Shown here: positions 1 to 9,870 of the stretch, in pieces | Layout of the letters: each line of letters opens with the position of its first letter | Numbering within the stretch: position 1 is the stretch's first letter | Origin: Nostoc punctiforme PCC 73102 | Lineage (GTDB): Bacteria; Cyanobacteriota; Cyanobacteriia; Cyanobacteriales; Nostocaceae | NCBI RefSeq assembly: GCF_000020025.1 | Contig: NC_010628.1 | Span: 1,290,001 to 1,322,000, forward strand | Reading direction: 5' to 3' | DNA: 32,000 nucleotides | Made by a program: the position numbers and the translations under genes | Notes under the pieces: generated by a model | The model's database searches: none | Told to the model about the DNA's origin: nothing | The model's input: the letters and a program-made list of their open reading frames with translations, nothing else

Positions 1-80
1 GATGGATGAAATAAGTCCGAACCAAATATTGTTGATTCGGAAACTTAGATTATTTCTTCTTTGCTGCTAGGCAGCTCTAT

Positions 81-1109
81 CTACTTTTTATTCCAGAAGA
101 AATCTTTGTCAATTTGCTCGGTGCGGATTAGATACTCTAGCTGTTTTAAGCGAGTAAATCCTCTAAACAAGAAAGTGTCTTCAGCCATATCTATTTGGCT
201 AAATAAATCAAATAGCTGCTGGGCACCAAGTCGGGCATTCCAATCACATTTAAATCCGGGGAGAATTGTGTTGATTTTCTCGAAGGATACCCGATAGCTG
301 CGGTTATCTGAGCCGTTGTCACCAAAGGACAATTTACAATCTGGGAAAATATCAGCAATAATTTCTGCGATTTCTTTGACACGATAGTTGTTTGCTGTGT
401 CTCCCACGTTGAAGATTTGGTTATGTACAATATCTCGTGGTGCTTCTAAAGCACAGACTATTGCTTTGCAAATATCCAGTGCGTGGACTAATGGCCGCCA
501 AGGTGTACCATCACTGGTCATTTTGATTTGTTTGCTAGTCCATGCCAACCCAGCTAAGTTGTTTAAAACAATATCAAAGCGCATTCTGGGAGAAGCACCA
601 AAGGCTGTGGCATTCCGCATAAAGGTGGGAGAGAAATCATCGTCAGCTAGTGGTGTGACATCCCGTTCTACTAGAGTTTTGCACTCTGCGTAGGCTGTTT
701 GGGGATTAATTGGGGATTCTTCTGTGACATCACCTGCGGTAGCAACACCGTAGACACTACACGAAGACATATATACAAAACGACGCACACCCATAGCTTT
801 AGCTAGGCTAGCGAGACGAACTGAACCTACATGATTAATTTCGTAGGTAATATTGGGTGCTAATTGTCCGGCTGGGTCGTTAGAAAGTTCCGCCATGTGA
901 ACTATTGCTTCAACACCTTCCAAATCATCAGGGGTGATGTTGCGGATATCTTTGTTAAGGGTTTTAGGTGTTACCCCATTAGCGTTGTATAGCCAACCAA
1001 CTTTATAGAACCCTGTATCTAGGCCGATAACTTCATGTCCACGTTCGATTAACAGAGGCGGTAATAATGAACCTAGATAGCCTTCTGTTCCAGTTACTAA
1101 TATTTTCAT
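81..1109 (-). CDS. NAD-dependent epimerase/dehydratase (extended SDR family), probable nucleotide-sugar modifying enzyme
   Basis: 342-aa ORF with ATG at 1109. N-terminal Rossmann motif MKILVTGTEGYLGS and a YAECK (YxxxK) catalytic motif. Lies close to rfbF. Confidence 0.85.
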   Translation of the reverse strand: MKILVTGTEGYLGSLLPPLLIERGHEVIGLDTGFYKVGWLYNANGVTPKTLNKDIRNITPDDLEGVEAIVHMAELSNDPAGQLAPNITYEINHVGSVRLASLAKAMGVRRFVYMSSCSVYGVATAGDVTEESPINPQTAYAECKTLVERDVTPLADDDFSPTFMRNATAFGASPRMRFDIVLNNLAGLAWTSKQIKMTSDGTPWRPLVHALDICKAIVCALEAPRDIVHNQIFNVGDTANNYRVKEIAEIIADIFPDCKLSFGDNGSDNRSYRVSFEKINTILPGFKCDWNARLGAQQLFDLFSQIDMAEDTFLFRGFTRLKQLEYLIRTEQIDKDFFWNKK

Positions 1110-1186
1110 TGTGGTTAACGCCTTTGTATTGATGAGTTAAATTTTTCGTTTAGTATAGGCGCACAGATGTTCGCCCTAAAAGGTGT

Positions 1187-1419
1187 TGCATCCAAGAAGG
1201 AACCGCTATATTTTTCGTTTGTATGCAATCATTTGACCTCTCTCCTCTTAGGAGAGAGGCTTTGAATCTTGCTCTCATTCCCTTGTAGGGAAGGGGTTGG
1301 GGGTTAGGTCATTGGACTCAACCCAGAAGCGCTATATATAACTCGGCTAACAGTCATTACATAGTTTGCCGACTTACCTATTGAGTAACAGCACTCTATA
1401 GCGGTTCTTAATTGATGCA
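1187..1419. mobile_element. MITE-like small element with imperfect terminal inverted repeats and an internal hairpin
   Basis: Left end tgcatccaagaaggaaccgctata (1187-1210) is an imperfect reverse complement of the right end tatagcggttcttaattgatgca (1397-1419). Internal perfect 9-bp stem cctctctcc/ggagagagg at 1237-1259. Lies in a 430-bp non-coding spacer. Confidence 0.4.
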
Positions 1420-1541
1420 CTACACTTTTTTCTTGTGAGATAGGTATCTTACCCGTCTCTTATATTTCCAGGCTGGAAAAGATGCCCACTATACAAGATT
1501 CATCCTTTTATTCAGCAGCCCGGAAGTAATAACAATGTTAT

Positions 1542-2756
1542 CTATGCAGTTACTGCAATATCTAGATGCGAGGGTTGGGGAATTTCTGCTACAAGCGCTT
1601 TGCCGATTTCTAGAGAAGATGTGGCCGCTGGAGAAGGAGCATTGCAAACATGGATGGAGTTTTGACCGGAAACAATCAAAAAGTCGTCTACAAGTTTGCC
1701 GTCGTTCATTAAGGCTTGAGCGCGAACTCCTGCGTGGGTGGGAACTAAGTCTTCTGCTTGGACTTCGGGAATTAGTTTTTGCAAACTTCTGGTGAAGGCT
1801 GCTTTACTAAAGGAACGAATGATTTCTTGGATGCCTTCATCAGCGTGTTTGGCTGCCAATTTCCAGAAACCAGGATAGGTGACGACTTCAAGAAAATCTC
1901 GTAAGTCAAAGTCGGTTTTTTTGTAACCTTCGCGTTTGAGGGATAGAACCGCATTTGGTCCTGCGTGAACGCTACCATCAATCATCCGGGTAAAGTGGAC
2001 ACCCAGGAAGGGAAAATCGGGATTGGGAACTGGGTAAATTAGTGTTTTGACGAGATAGCGTTTTTCTGGAGTGAGTTCGTAGTATTCTCCCCGGAATGGG
2101 ACGATTTTGGCTTGAGGTTCAACTTTACCTAGTTTGGCGGTGCGATCGCTATGCAATCCCGTACAATTAATTACAAAGCGGGTTGCAAAGTTACCTTTGT
2201 TTGTTTCTAGTACCTGATTTTTACCACTTGGGGAGATTTTCAGAACTTTTGTATTGAGATGCAAATCTCCGCCCTGTTGTTGAATTAGCTGGGCATATTT
2301 CAAACAAACTTGCTTGTAATTAACAATCCCAGTTGAGAATACCCGAAGCCCACCTACGCATTTTACGTGAGGTTCAATTTCCCTGACTTCTTCGGGGCTG
2401 ATTCTCTTAACTTCTATACCATTGTCTAAGCCGCGTTGGTAGAGATTTTCTAGACGTGGTAGTTCTTGTTCTTCTGTTGCAACAATGACTTTACCACAAA
2501 CTTCATGTTCTATTCCATGCTCTTGGCAAAATTCTACCATAGAGCGAGAACCATCACGACAAAATTTAGCTTTGAAACTCCCTGGTTTGTAGTAAATACC
2601 AGAATGAATTACCCCGCTATTATTGCCGGTTTGGTGAAATGCCCATTGACTCTCTTTTTCTAGTACTAAAATACGCGCATTGGGATAGCGTTTTCCTAAA
2701 GCCAATGCTGTAGAGAGTCCAACTATTCCCCCACCTATAATCGCAAAATCATACAT
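1542..2756 (-). CDS. lhgO: L-2-hydroxyglutarate oxidase-like FAD-dependent oxidoreductase
   Basis: 404-aa ORF with ATG at 2756. MYDFAIIGGGIVGLSTA dinucleotide-binding motif. Recalled end-to-end similarity to E. coli LhgO/YgaF (HQTGNNSGVIHSGIYYKPGS, FRGEY, GVHFTRMIDGSV, CNAPSPAATSS). Confidence 0.88.
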   Translation of the reverse strand: MYDFAIIGGGIVGLSTALALGKRYPNARILVLEKESQWAFHQTGNNSGVIHSGIYYKPGSFKAKFCRDGSRSMVEFCQEHGIEHEVCGKVIVATEEQELPRLENLYQRGLDNGIEVKRISPEEVREIEPHVKCVGGLRVFSTGIVNYKQVCLKYAQLIQQQGGDLHLNTKVLKISPSGKNQVLETNKGNFATRFVINCTGLHSDRTAKLGKVEPQAKIVPFRGEYYELTPEKRYLVKTLIYPVPNPDFPFLGVHFTRMIDGSVHAGPNAVLSLKREGYKKTDFDLRDFLEVVTYPGFWKLAAKHADEGIQEIIRSFSKAAFTRSLQKLIPEVQAEDLVPTHAGVRAQALMNDGKLVDDFLIVSGQNSIHVCNAPSPAATSSLEIGKALVAEIPQPSHLDIAVTA

Positions 2757-2798
2757 TAGTATTATCGTACTTAAAATTACAGTAAATCCATAAAGTTA

Positions 2799-2852
2799 TT
2801 TGGGATTTGGTACTGGGTATTGGGTTAGAAAAAATCTCCCCCAGCCCCCAGT
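2799..2852. repeat. Degenerate heptamer (STRR-like) repeats
   Basis: TTTGGGA/TTTGGTA/CTGGGTA/TTGGGTT in 7-nt register (2799-2826), then CCCCCAG x2 (about 2837-2852), in the spacer between lhgO and rfbF. Confidence 0.5.
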
Positions 2853-2856
2853 TACC

Positions 2857-3630
2857 TTACCATGCCTTCCAAGGAGCCTGACTGCTTTTCCATAGCCCCT
2901 CTAGATAGTTTTTATCGCGTAAAGTATCCATTGGTTGCCAAAAACCATCATGTTTGAAAGCAGATAGTTGTTCCATATCAGCTAACTTTTCTAATGGCTC
3001 TTGCTCCCATACTGTAGAGTCATCAGCAATCAAATTGATTACTTCTGGTTCTAACACAAAATAACCGCCATTAATCCAAGCTCCATCACCTTCAGGTTTT
3101 TCCCGAAAGCTGGTAATTTTAGTTTGCTCATATCCCAAGGAAATGGCTCCAAAACGTCCGGCTGGTTGAACCGCTGTGAGTGTTCCTAATGTATTTTGCT
3201 CTTTATGAAACTTCACTAGCTCGGTGATATTAATATTACTTACACCATCACCATAAGTAAAGCAAAAGGTCTCATTACCAAGATGTTCCCTGATTCGCTT
3301 TAAGCGTCCGCCTGTCATGGTATTATCACCCGTATTGACTAAGGTAACACGCCAGGGTTCTGCATAACCAGAATGCACGTTCATCTGGTTGAATCGCATA
3401 TCAAAGGTAACATCTGACATGTGTAAGAAGTAGTTAGCAAAATACTCCTTAATTATGTAACCTTTGTAACCGCAACAAATTATGAAGTCATTAATGCCGT
3501 GGGCGGAGTAAGTCTTCATTATGTGCCAGAGAATTGGCTTACCACCAATCTCAACCATCGGCTTGGGTCTGATACTAGTTTCTTCACTGAGGCGTGTACC
3601 AAGCCCTCCAGCCAAAATCACCGCTTTCAT
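2857..3630 (-). CDS. rfbF: Glucose-1-phosphate cytidylyltransferase
   Basis: 257-aa ORF with ATG at 3630. MKAVILAGGLGTRLSEET...KPMVEIGGKPILWHIMK nucleotidyltransferase signature. Length and motifs typical of RfbF. Confidence 0.9.
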   Translation of the reverse strand: MKAVILAGGLGTRLSEETSIRPKPMVEIGGKPILWHIMKTYSAHGINDFIICCGYKGYIIKEYFANYFLHMSDVTFDMRFNQMNVHSGYAEPWRVTLVNTGDNTMTGGRLKRIREHLGNETFCFTYGDGVSNINITELVKFHKEQNTLGTLTAVQPAGRFGAISLGYEQTKITSFREKPEGDGAWINGGYFVLEPEVINLIADDSTVWEQEPLEKLADMEQLSAFKHDGFWQPMDTLRDKNYLEGLWKSSQAPWKAW

Positions 3631-3861
3631 GCAATTACCTCGGAGATTTGTAGGGATATTATTTTATTTGACTTTTCGACATGAAGAGGATGCACTTAGA
3701 TAGAGAAAAATTGATTTCTGATTTGTTTTTCTCCGTCAATAATCTAACTGCAATTTTCCCCGAAATTATAAAGGAAAGATAAATTAACATCTTTTCTATA
3801 TAAAAGCTCTATGAATATCTATAAATATGAAAATAAATTACTTAATTAAATAAAAATGTTA

Positions 3862-3899
3862 CCAAATAAATAACTAGGGTTAGCTTGCACTAACCCTAG
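3862..3899 (-). terminator. Rho-independent terminator downstream of the kinase gene
   Basis: Perfect 10-bp stem ctagggttag/ctaaccctag (3874-3883 / 3890-3899) with a 6-nt loop. On the minus strand it is followed by TTATTTATTT. Sits 60 nt after the stop at 3959. Confidence 0.7.
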
Positions 3900-3958
3900 C
3901 TAGGCTTGATTTCTCCAATCAAAACCGATAATAGGCGAGTAAAAAAACTTACTTGTTT

Positions 3959-6127
3959 TTAGTTAGTTTTTTCCAAATTACTTGAGCTTTGAAATAAAGG
4001 ATCGCATTTGTTTTCTACGACTACACATAAGTTACTGAGTGCTTGCTGATAATTATCCATATCATCTTGCTCAAGAAACATTTTGGCAGATGCCTGTACA
4101 TCTTCGATCGCTTTCGCCTGATTTTTGTTAGATTCACTACCACCATATTGTGCCAGTTCATAACGAACCATACCTCGTTTGAGATATACTTTTGCTAATT
4201 TAGGGCTGATAGTTAATGCTTGGTTAAAGTCAGCGATCGCTTGATTGTATTCTTGTTCATAATTGCTGCTATATTGAGCAATTTGATAATAGACAACACC
4301 TCGCTGAAAATAAGCTTCTGCTTTCGATACATTACGTTTTATAACCTGAGTGAAATCTGCAATCGCTCTTTTGTAAGCTTGTTGAGATTCACCGCTATAT
4401 TTAGCCATTTGGGTGCGGACAATCCCTCGTCTGATATAAGCTTCAATTTCGTTCTTATCCAGACCGATGGCTCGATTATAGTCTGCGATCGCTAGGTTAT
4501 ACTCTGTATCAGGATCGTTGCTATATTCGGCGAGCATATAGCGGGCATTACCCCGATTCACAAGGGCTTTGGTTTGATTGGGATTGATTTTGAGAGCTTG
4601 GCTATAATCTGTAACTGCTCCTTCGTAGTCTTTGAGGTTATAGCGGGCATTGCCCCGATTTACAATTGCTGTGGTATGTGTTGGTTGTTGTTCAATTGCT
4701 GCGGTAAAGCTGGCAATTGCTTTTTCATAGTCTCGGTCTTTGTAAGCAGCATCACCCTGCTGAAAGTAGTCAGCGAAGCTAAGTTTATTAATCGTCTGGC
4801 GAGACTTTAATGTTTGTTGAGTGTAAGAATTTTGGGAAACCAACGGCTGAGTAAATTTAATCATTACGTCGGCATAACCCAATAAACCGAAACCCAGCAA
4901 ACAACAAATAACCGGGTACAATTTTGACTTTTTGGAACGTTTATAAGATGAACCGCTTGGAGTAATTACTGGCTGCCAATAATTACCTAAGTGCGGTGAC
5001 ATACTGCGCTGGGGAAAATGCGGTGTCTGGGTGTAGCGCTTTTTCGCTTTGATTCGCGGTTGGAGATGTTCTCTAGCTTCTATAGCCCGATGTGATGGGA
5101 AGGGGTCGCGTCCACCTAATCGCACGGTACGTTCACACCACGGACAGCTAGGCATGTGGTTGTTGTAGCGATGCTGGGGATTTGTGGTGCAGGTAATTAA
5201 GGAATCTTCGGCTTCAGCGATGGCTGAGAGCCAAGTCTGGGCATTGGGGCGCAGTTGTGGGTTGTTGTGACCATCTTCAAAACAACGGACAAATAGTTCT
5301 TGTAGGCTGGGATGAAGAATTTCCCAAGGGGGTGCAATGGGGGTAGGTAGATAGGGTACGTACCGCTTTTGGCTATAAGTGAAATGCCCTGATGCAATGC
5401 GGGCTTCGTAGGGCGGTGGCTCAATAGAGCCTTGAAAAATCCCCGAAAATGGGTGAGTGCCTTCCATTAAGAGTTGGAATACCAGCACTGCTAACCCAAA
5501 TAAATCGTGAGAAATTTCGCGATCGTGTTGGGCAAAAGTTTTATTCTGTAGTTCTGGTGGCGTAAACTCTGGTTTTCCGACTGGGCAGCGATAAACAACA
5601 TTGCTGTTGGGGTCGAGTACTTGGAAAGAGTCTGTGTCTATCAAAGTCACCAGTGCGGTGTCACTGACGAGGATATTTGACTCGTTCACATCACCAATGC
5701 AATATCCACTAGCGTGCAAAGCAGCAATTGCTGCCGCCAAGTTACGAGCCGTGCGGAGCAGGTACTGATAGTTGAATAGGGGACAGTGTTGACGACGGGT
5801 TCTGGGGTTGTAAAAGTCGATGATTGGACGCATCCCCTGAATCCGTGGCATCAAAAAGCCCAAGATGCTATTTTTGCCATCTGGTGTCCGCAATAAATCC
5901 TCTGGCCAAGCGATAGAGATATGACCCAAACTAGCTGTCGGGTTTTCTGGCGGGTTGGCAAGCATCGCCTGTAATTTATCAGCATGGGCTGTAGTTGGCT
6001 TGTGGTAAATCTTCGCCACCAAGTCATTATCAGATGGCACTGCATAAACACAAGCTTCACCGCCACGCCCCAAACTGACATTGAGGCTGAGGATTTCTTT
6101 TCTAGGGGAACAACGTAGTACCTGCAT
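3959..6127 (-). CDS. Ser/Thr protein kinase-like protein with Zn-ribbon-like motif, one predicted TM segment and C-terminal TPR-like repeats (kinase of a vWA-PP2C-kinase triad)
   Basis: 722-aa ORF with ATG at 6127. Kinase-like motifs GRGGEACVY, VAKIY, IGDVNESNILV and DTDSF. CPWC motif. Hydrophobic stretch LYPVICCLLGFGLLGYADVMI. At least 5 repeats of the type AIADYNRAI...(A/V)Y..RG. Confidence 0.8.
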   Translation of the reverse strand: MQVLRCSPRKEILSLNVSLGRGGEACVYAVPSDNDLVAKIYHKPTTAHADKLQAMLANPPENPTASLGHISIAWPEDLLRTPDGKNSILGFLMPRIQGMRPIIDFYNPRTRRQHCPLFNYQYLLRTARNLAAAIAALHASGYCIGDVNESNILVSDTALVTLIDTDSFQVLDPNSNVVYRCPVGKPEFTPPELQNKTFAQHDREISHDLFGLAVLVFQLLMEGTHPFSGIFQGSIEPPPYEARIASGHFTYSQKRYVPYLPTPIAPPWEILHPSLQELFVRCFEDGHNNPQLRPNAQTWLSAIAEAEDSLITCTTNPQHRYNNHMPSCPWCERTVRLGGRDPFPSHRAIEAREHLQPRIKAKKRYTQTPHFPQRSMSPHLGNYWQPVITPSGSSYKRSKKSKLYPVICCLLGFGLLGYADVMIKFTQPLVSQNSYTQQTLKSRQTINKLSFADYFQQGDAAYKDRDYEKAIASFTAAIEQQPTHTTAIVNRGNARYNLKDYEGAVTDYSQALKINPNQTKALVNRGNARYMLAEYSNDPDTEYNLAIADYNRAIGLDKNEIEAYIRRGIVRTQMAKYSGESQQAYKRAIADFTQVIKRNVSKAEAYFQRGVVYYQIAQYSSNYEQEYNQAIADFNQALTISPKLAKVYLKRGMVRYELAQYGGSESNKNQAKAIEDVQASAKMFLEQDDMDNYQQALSNLCVVVENKCDPLFQSSSNLEKTN

Positions 6128-6183
6128 AATGAAATTACCGCTAACGGAAGTTATTTAAGATGTGAAACCTGTAAATTGATTGC

Positions 6184-6999
6184 TCATGAGTCGTTGAATG
6201 CAGCTATAATGAGTGTTAAATCATCATCAGTGCGTTGTGTAATTCGGTCTGAGCGTAAAAACTTTACTAACTGCTCCTTCGCTTCTGTCTTATCTTCGGT
6301 ATTAGCTACAAATTCAAACAGTGGAAAAAAGAATGGTTTGTGAGGTTCTCCAACAACCATATTCAAAGCCAGCATTTGTAGTCCGTCGGTGATGATACCA
6401 ACATTAACTATCTCGGTGCGCCATAATCTCATCTGCGCTGTATCTAAGGCAGTAGGAGAAGTTAAAAAAGTGGTTTCGTTGATGTACTCGCCGCTATCAG
6501 GTATAGTTAGAGCGAGGAGATTGCCAGCGCTATCTTTTGCCACTGCCAAACCATCACCTATTTGCACTACAGCTACAACTTCTGGTGTGGCAACCATCAT
6601 AATTAAGGTAGTTGCTAAATCTTGAGGCTGTTTGTCACAAGTAGCCGCTTCAGCCTCCACAGCTTTTTTGGCAGCTAGTATGGCATCATTTAAGAGCGAT
6701 CGCACAAACGCATCATCACTTAAAACTTTTTGGGTGATTCCTTTGGTGGAAATACTTTCTATTGCTGTCTCCACAGCAATCATCGCTCCCACTTTCCCAA
6801 GGCTAGCAGAACCCGCACCATCTGCTGCGGCTGCCACTAAAACATTATCAGACAATATTTGCCAGTGATGAGCATCCTGACATAACTGCTTGTTTTTTAA
6901 GTGACTTGTACCACATACCGACGCAGCCACAATCCGCCATTGAGCAATCTGTTTTGATATTTTCATAGATTTTTTTTCAACAGCTCGCTGTGTCAACAT
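6184..6999 (-). CDS. PP2C-family protein phosphatase-like protein
   Basis: The ORF track opens at a TTG (7032) that would overlap the vWA stop. The first ATG is at 6999 and another is at 6966. Motifs WRIVAASVCGTSH...CQD, AAADGAGSAS, VQIGDG and IITDG fit the PP2C_2-type family. Confidence 0.7.
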   Translation of the reverse strand: MLTQRAVEKKSMKISKQIAQWRIVAASVCGTSHLKNKQLCQDAHHWQILSDNVLVAAAADGAGSASLGKVGAMIAVETAIESISTKGITQKVLSDDAFVRSLLNDAILAAKKAVEAEAATCDKQPQDLATTLIMMVATPEVVAVVQIGDGLAVAKDSAGNLLALTIPDSGEYINETTFLTSPTALDTAQMRLWRTEIVNVGIITDGLQMLALNMVVGEPHKPFFFPLFEFVANTEDKTEAKEQLVKFLRSDRITQRTDDDLTLIIAAFNDS

Positions 7000-7016
7000 C
7001 AAGCTGCGATTTTTAA

Positions 7017-7718
7017 TTAAACAGTCCCCCAACCAATCGGCGGTAGTGCTACCTGTTCGTCTACCTGCGAATGAGAAACAGCCGACATACTAGTTGATAG
7101 CCAGACAAACATCTCGATGAAATTTAGTCCTTTGAGCTTCAAAGGTGTACGCACAGTTATTTGATTTAAACGTGTCATATTCGCATTTTCTACACCAACT
7201 GTAAAGAATGCTACACGCTTGTTCGCCTCGTCTCCCTGTAAGCGCACAGATGCTTGCTCCACTACATTCTCTAACTCACCTTGGGGTTCTCCATCGGTAA
7301 TCATGAATACCCAAGGACGATAATAAGCAATCCCATTGGTACGATACTGAGATTTCCGATCTTGAATTATGTCCAAAGCTTTATGAATGCCTGCACCCAT
7401 TGTAGTCAAGCCCTGTGCCGTTAAAATGGGTGGATTAAATTGATCGGCAGTCACAAAGTCTTGTACTACATTGACATTACTATCAAAAGTGACGATCGCC
7501 ACTTCCACCCGTCTTGCGGCTAAGGAATTTTTGACTAATTCATCCTTTAGACTGAGCAAACCCTGATTTAAAGCCTCAATCGGATCTCCTTGCATCGAGC
7601 CAGATGTATCTAGTAAAAGTACACAAGGACAACGTGGTTCTGGGTTCTCAGCAAATTCTACTACTTCATCAAGTCTTAATGTATCATGCATAACTTTTTG
7701 TGTTATGTTAAAGTTCAA
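7017..7718 (-). CDS. von Willebrand factor type A (vWA) domain protein, TerY-like
   Basis: 233-aa ORF. MIDAS motif LLLDTSGSM and a downstream MITDGEP. The track start is TTG at 7718 with AGGAAA 11 nt upstream. An alternative ATG lies at 7691. Confidence 0.85.
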   Translation of the reverse strand: MNFNITQKVMHDTLRLDEVVEFAENPEPRCPCVLLLDTSGSMQGDPIEALNQGLLSLKDELVKNSLAARRVEVAIVTFDSNVNVVQDFVTADQFNPPILTAQGLTTMGAGIHKALDIIQDRKSQYRTNGIAYYRPWVFMITDGEPQGELENVVEQASVRLQGDEANKRVAFFTVGVENANMTRLNQITVRTPLKLKGLNFIEMFVWLSTSMSAVSHSQVDEQVALPPIGWGTV

Positions 7719-8441
7719 AGCTTTATTTCCTTTTTGTCCGAGTATATAATTTCAGTCGTCGAGGTCACTACAGAATATAGTATCTAGTGGTAGATGCTCT
7801 AATCTTTATTAAACAAATTATTTTCATGAAGTTCTCAATATATTTTTTAAGAAAAACTTGAGTACGGCTTAGTTTAGCAAAAAAGAGTTTATCAAAACCC
7901 AGTGTTACCTGTTGTAATGTATCTACCAAAAATTTATATCCATTAAACCTACAGTACAATAAATACGTAAACTTTCCCAGATAAGTTTTTAAAGATTTTA
8001 TGTAGAAGAGTTTTTCCTTTACAGAAAAATTATTAACCATAATTAAGACCGTTAGCTTCAGAAGTATACCAGCGTAACCGCGTGAACTTGGAATCAAATT
8101 TGCCTGCTTTTTGTGAGTAGGCATAAATAAACGTCATTACTAAGGTCTTAAGGTAAGAGTCGTCAGAGTTGGTAAAATCCCGAATTAACCGATATTTACT
8201 GATAGGCTAGCTATGATAAATGTTTCTCTTTATTCATACTTACTTGTGGCTTAAGACAAATTAAGTAAAAAGTACCAAATGTAACAAATAAGTTATAAAA
8301 CTTATAATTTTTAAAATATATACATATTTTAAAAGGAATAACTTGTACGTAGATAAATATTACAAAGAAGAGAATACTTCATCGTTGATATTTTCAATCT
8401 ACAAATGTTCAGTTGTTGATTCCGCAAGAAACTTGAAAAAT

Positions 8442-9827
8442 ATGAATAACTCAGGTGCATTCACCAAACTACGCCCTCTAAGTTTGTTAAGACAGTTATC
8501 CAATTGCTTTGATAGTACTTGTTTACAAGCATTAAGTAACTCAGTTCGTTGGTCAATTTACTTAGAACAGGGCAAAATAACTTACGCAACTCATTCAGTG
8601 GAGCCTTTTGATCGACTAGAACGCCATTTGCGCCGCCTCAGCCATCAAATTCCCCTGCTTACTAGCGAGGTGCGGGTTCAAGTCCGTCTGATGTTTGAAC
8701 CTGACTCACACAATCAGTTACTCGAATATGACAGCAATTCCAGAAGCCACCCTCCTGAATATCAGGCGATATCCTGGCTTGTTAGTCAACAACATCTACA
8801 TTCTACACAAGCAGTAGTGCTGATTCAAGAATTAGTTAAAGAGGTGATTGAATCATTTTTGCTCATTAAAGAAGGTATTTATGAATTAACAGAACCGCTT
8901 GAGAGAATGCCAAGAATTTGTAGGCTAGATGTAGAAAAAATTCTAGAACGTTGTCAAGGAAGATTACAGAATTGGCAAGCTTTTGTTCCGCAAATCTCTT
9001 CTCCATATCAACGTCCATATCTGTTGATTAACAGCAAAATTGAGGAAAAAGATTTACCAAAGCTTCAGCCAGATTTGATTAATTGGATGAAGGGTTTCAG
9101 CTTGTGTCATCTGGCAACAATTTTGAATCAAGATGAAATTCAATTGGCTCGCAATTTATACCCTTACATACTTAATGGTGCGATTATCTTGCATGAGCCA
9201 GATCCACCTTATGATAAATTACCAAAGCTATTTGAAGAGCAATCGCTTTTATCAAAATTAATTCCAGAGATAGAAAATACCACAAAAGAGCTAAATAGCA
9301 CCATCAACTCTTACCCTGATATTGCTGAAGAGAATATATCTCCTGTTTCAGGATTACCACAGATTTCTCTTCCTCCCCAAGAAGACTTTCAGGAACCAAC
9401 ACTATCAAATAACATAAATCTTGCTTCCCAAAAAGTAACAGCTGCTACTGTAACGACACAAAAAGTCCACAAAATCGTTTCTGTAGATGATAGCCCCACA
9501 ATTCTCAAAGAAATTAGCCGTTTCTTAGAAAATGAAAATTTCTCTGTAGTGACTATTAACGATCCAGTAAAAGCCGTTTTATCAATTATAAGGCACAAAC
9601 CAGACTTAATTTTGTTGGATTTAAATATGCTAGGAATAGATGGTTATGAGTTGTGCCGAATTATACGAAATAATTCGATATTTCAAAGAACTCCTATTAT
9701 TTTTGTTACTGGTAATAAAGGAATTGTAGATAAAGTAAAAGCCAAATTGGTCGGGGCATCTGGATATCTGACTAAACCGTTTACTCGTGCCGAATTACTT
9801 AAAATAGTCTTCATGCATTTGACTTAA
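8442..9827 (+). CDS. PatA/PixG-type response regulator (N-terminal PATAN-like domain + C-terminal receiver)
   Basis: The ORF track begins at TTG 8343; the first ATG is at 8442 (MNNSGAFTKL). PATAN-like stretch WSIYLEQGKITYATHSVEPFDRLERHLRRL. C-terminal REC motifs VDDSPTILKEI, DLILLDLNMLGIDGYE and YLTKPF. Confidence 0.8.
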   Translation: MNNSGAFTKLRPLSLLRQLSNCFDSTCLQALSNSVRWSIYLEQGKITYATHSVEPFDRLERHLRRLSHQIPLLTSEVRVQVRLMFEPDSHNQLLEYDSNSRSHPPEYQAISWLVSQQHLHSTQAVVLIQELVKEVIESFLLIKEGIYELTEPLERMPRICRLDVEKILERCQGRLQNWQAFVPQISSPYQRPYLLINSKIEEKDLPKLQPDLINWMKGFSLCHLATILNQDEIQLARNLYPYILNGAIILHEPDPPYDKLPKLFEEQSLLSKLIPEIENTTKELNSTINSYPDIAEENISPVSGLPQISLPPQEDFQEPTLSNNINLASQKVTAATVTTQKVHKIVSVDDSPTILKEISRFLENENFSVVTINDPVKAVLSIIRHKPDLILLDLNMLGIDGYELCRIIRNNSIFQRTPIIFVTGNKGIVDKVKAKLVGASGYLTKPFTRAELLKIVFMHLT

Positions 9828-9870
9828 ATTAACCACAAAATCTAATAGTTGTGAGCTAGTGAGGATAAAT

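Noticed and set aside
81-3630. Epimerase - lhgO - rfbF as a novel sugar pathway cluster
   Set aside because: rfbF and the SDR epimerase are ordinary O-antigen/CDP-sugar genes. The lhgO-like gene between them is a common metabolic enzyme. Nothing in the sequence suggests a functional link beyond adjacency.
7768-8124. 118-aa minus-strand ORF upstream of the vWA gene
   Set aside because: It lies wholly in very AT-rich DNA. The product is K/L/F/Y/I-rich, as expected from random AT-rich sequence, and has no recognisable motif or ribosome-binding site. I treat it as a probable non-coding spacer or promoter region, although a small leader gene of the triad cannot be excluded.
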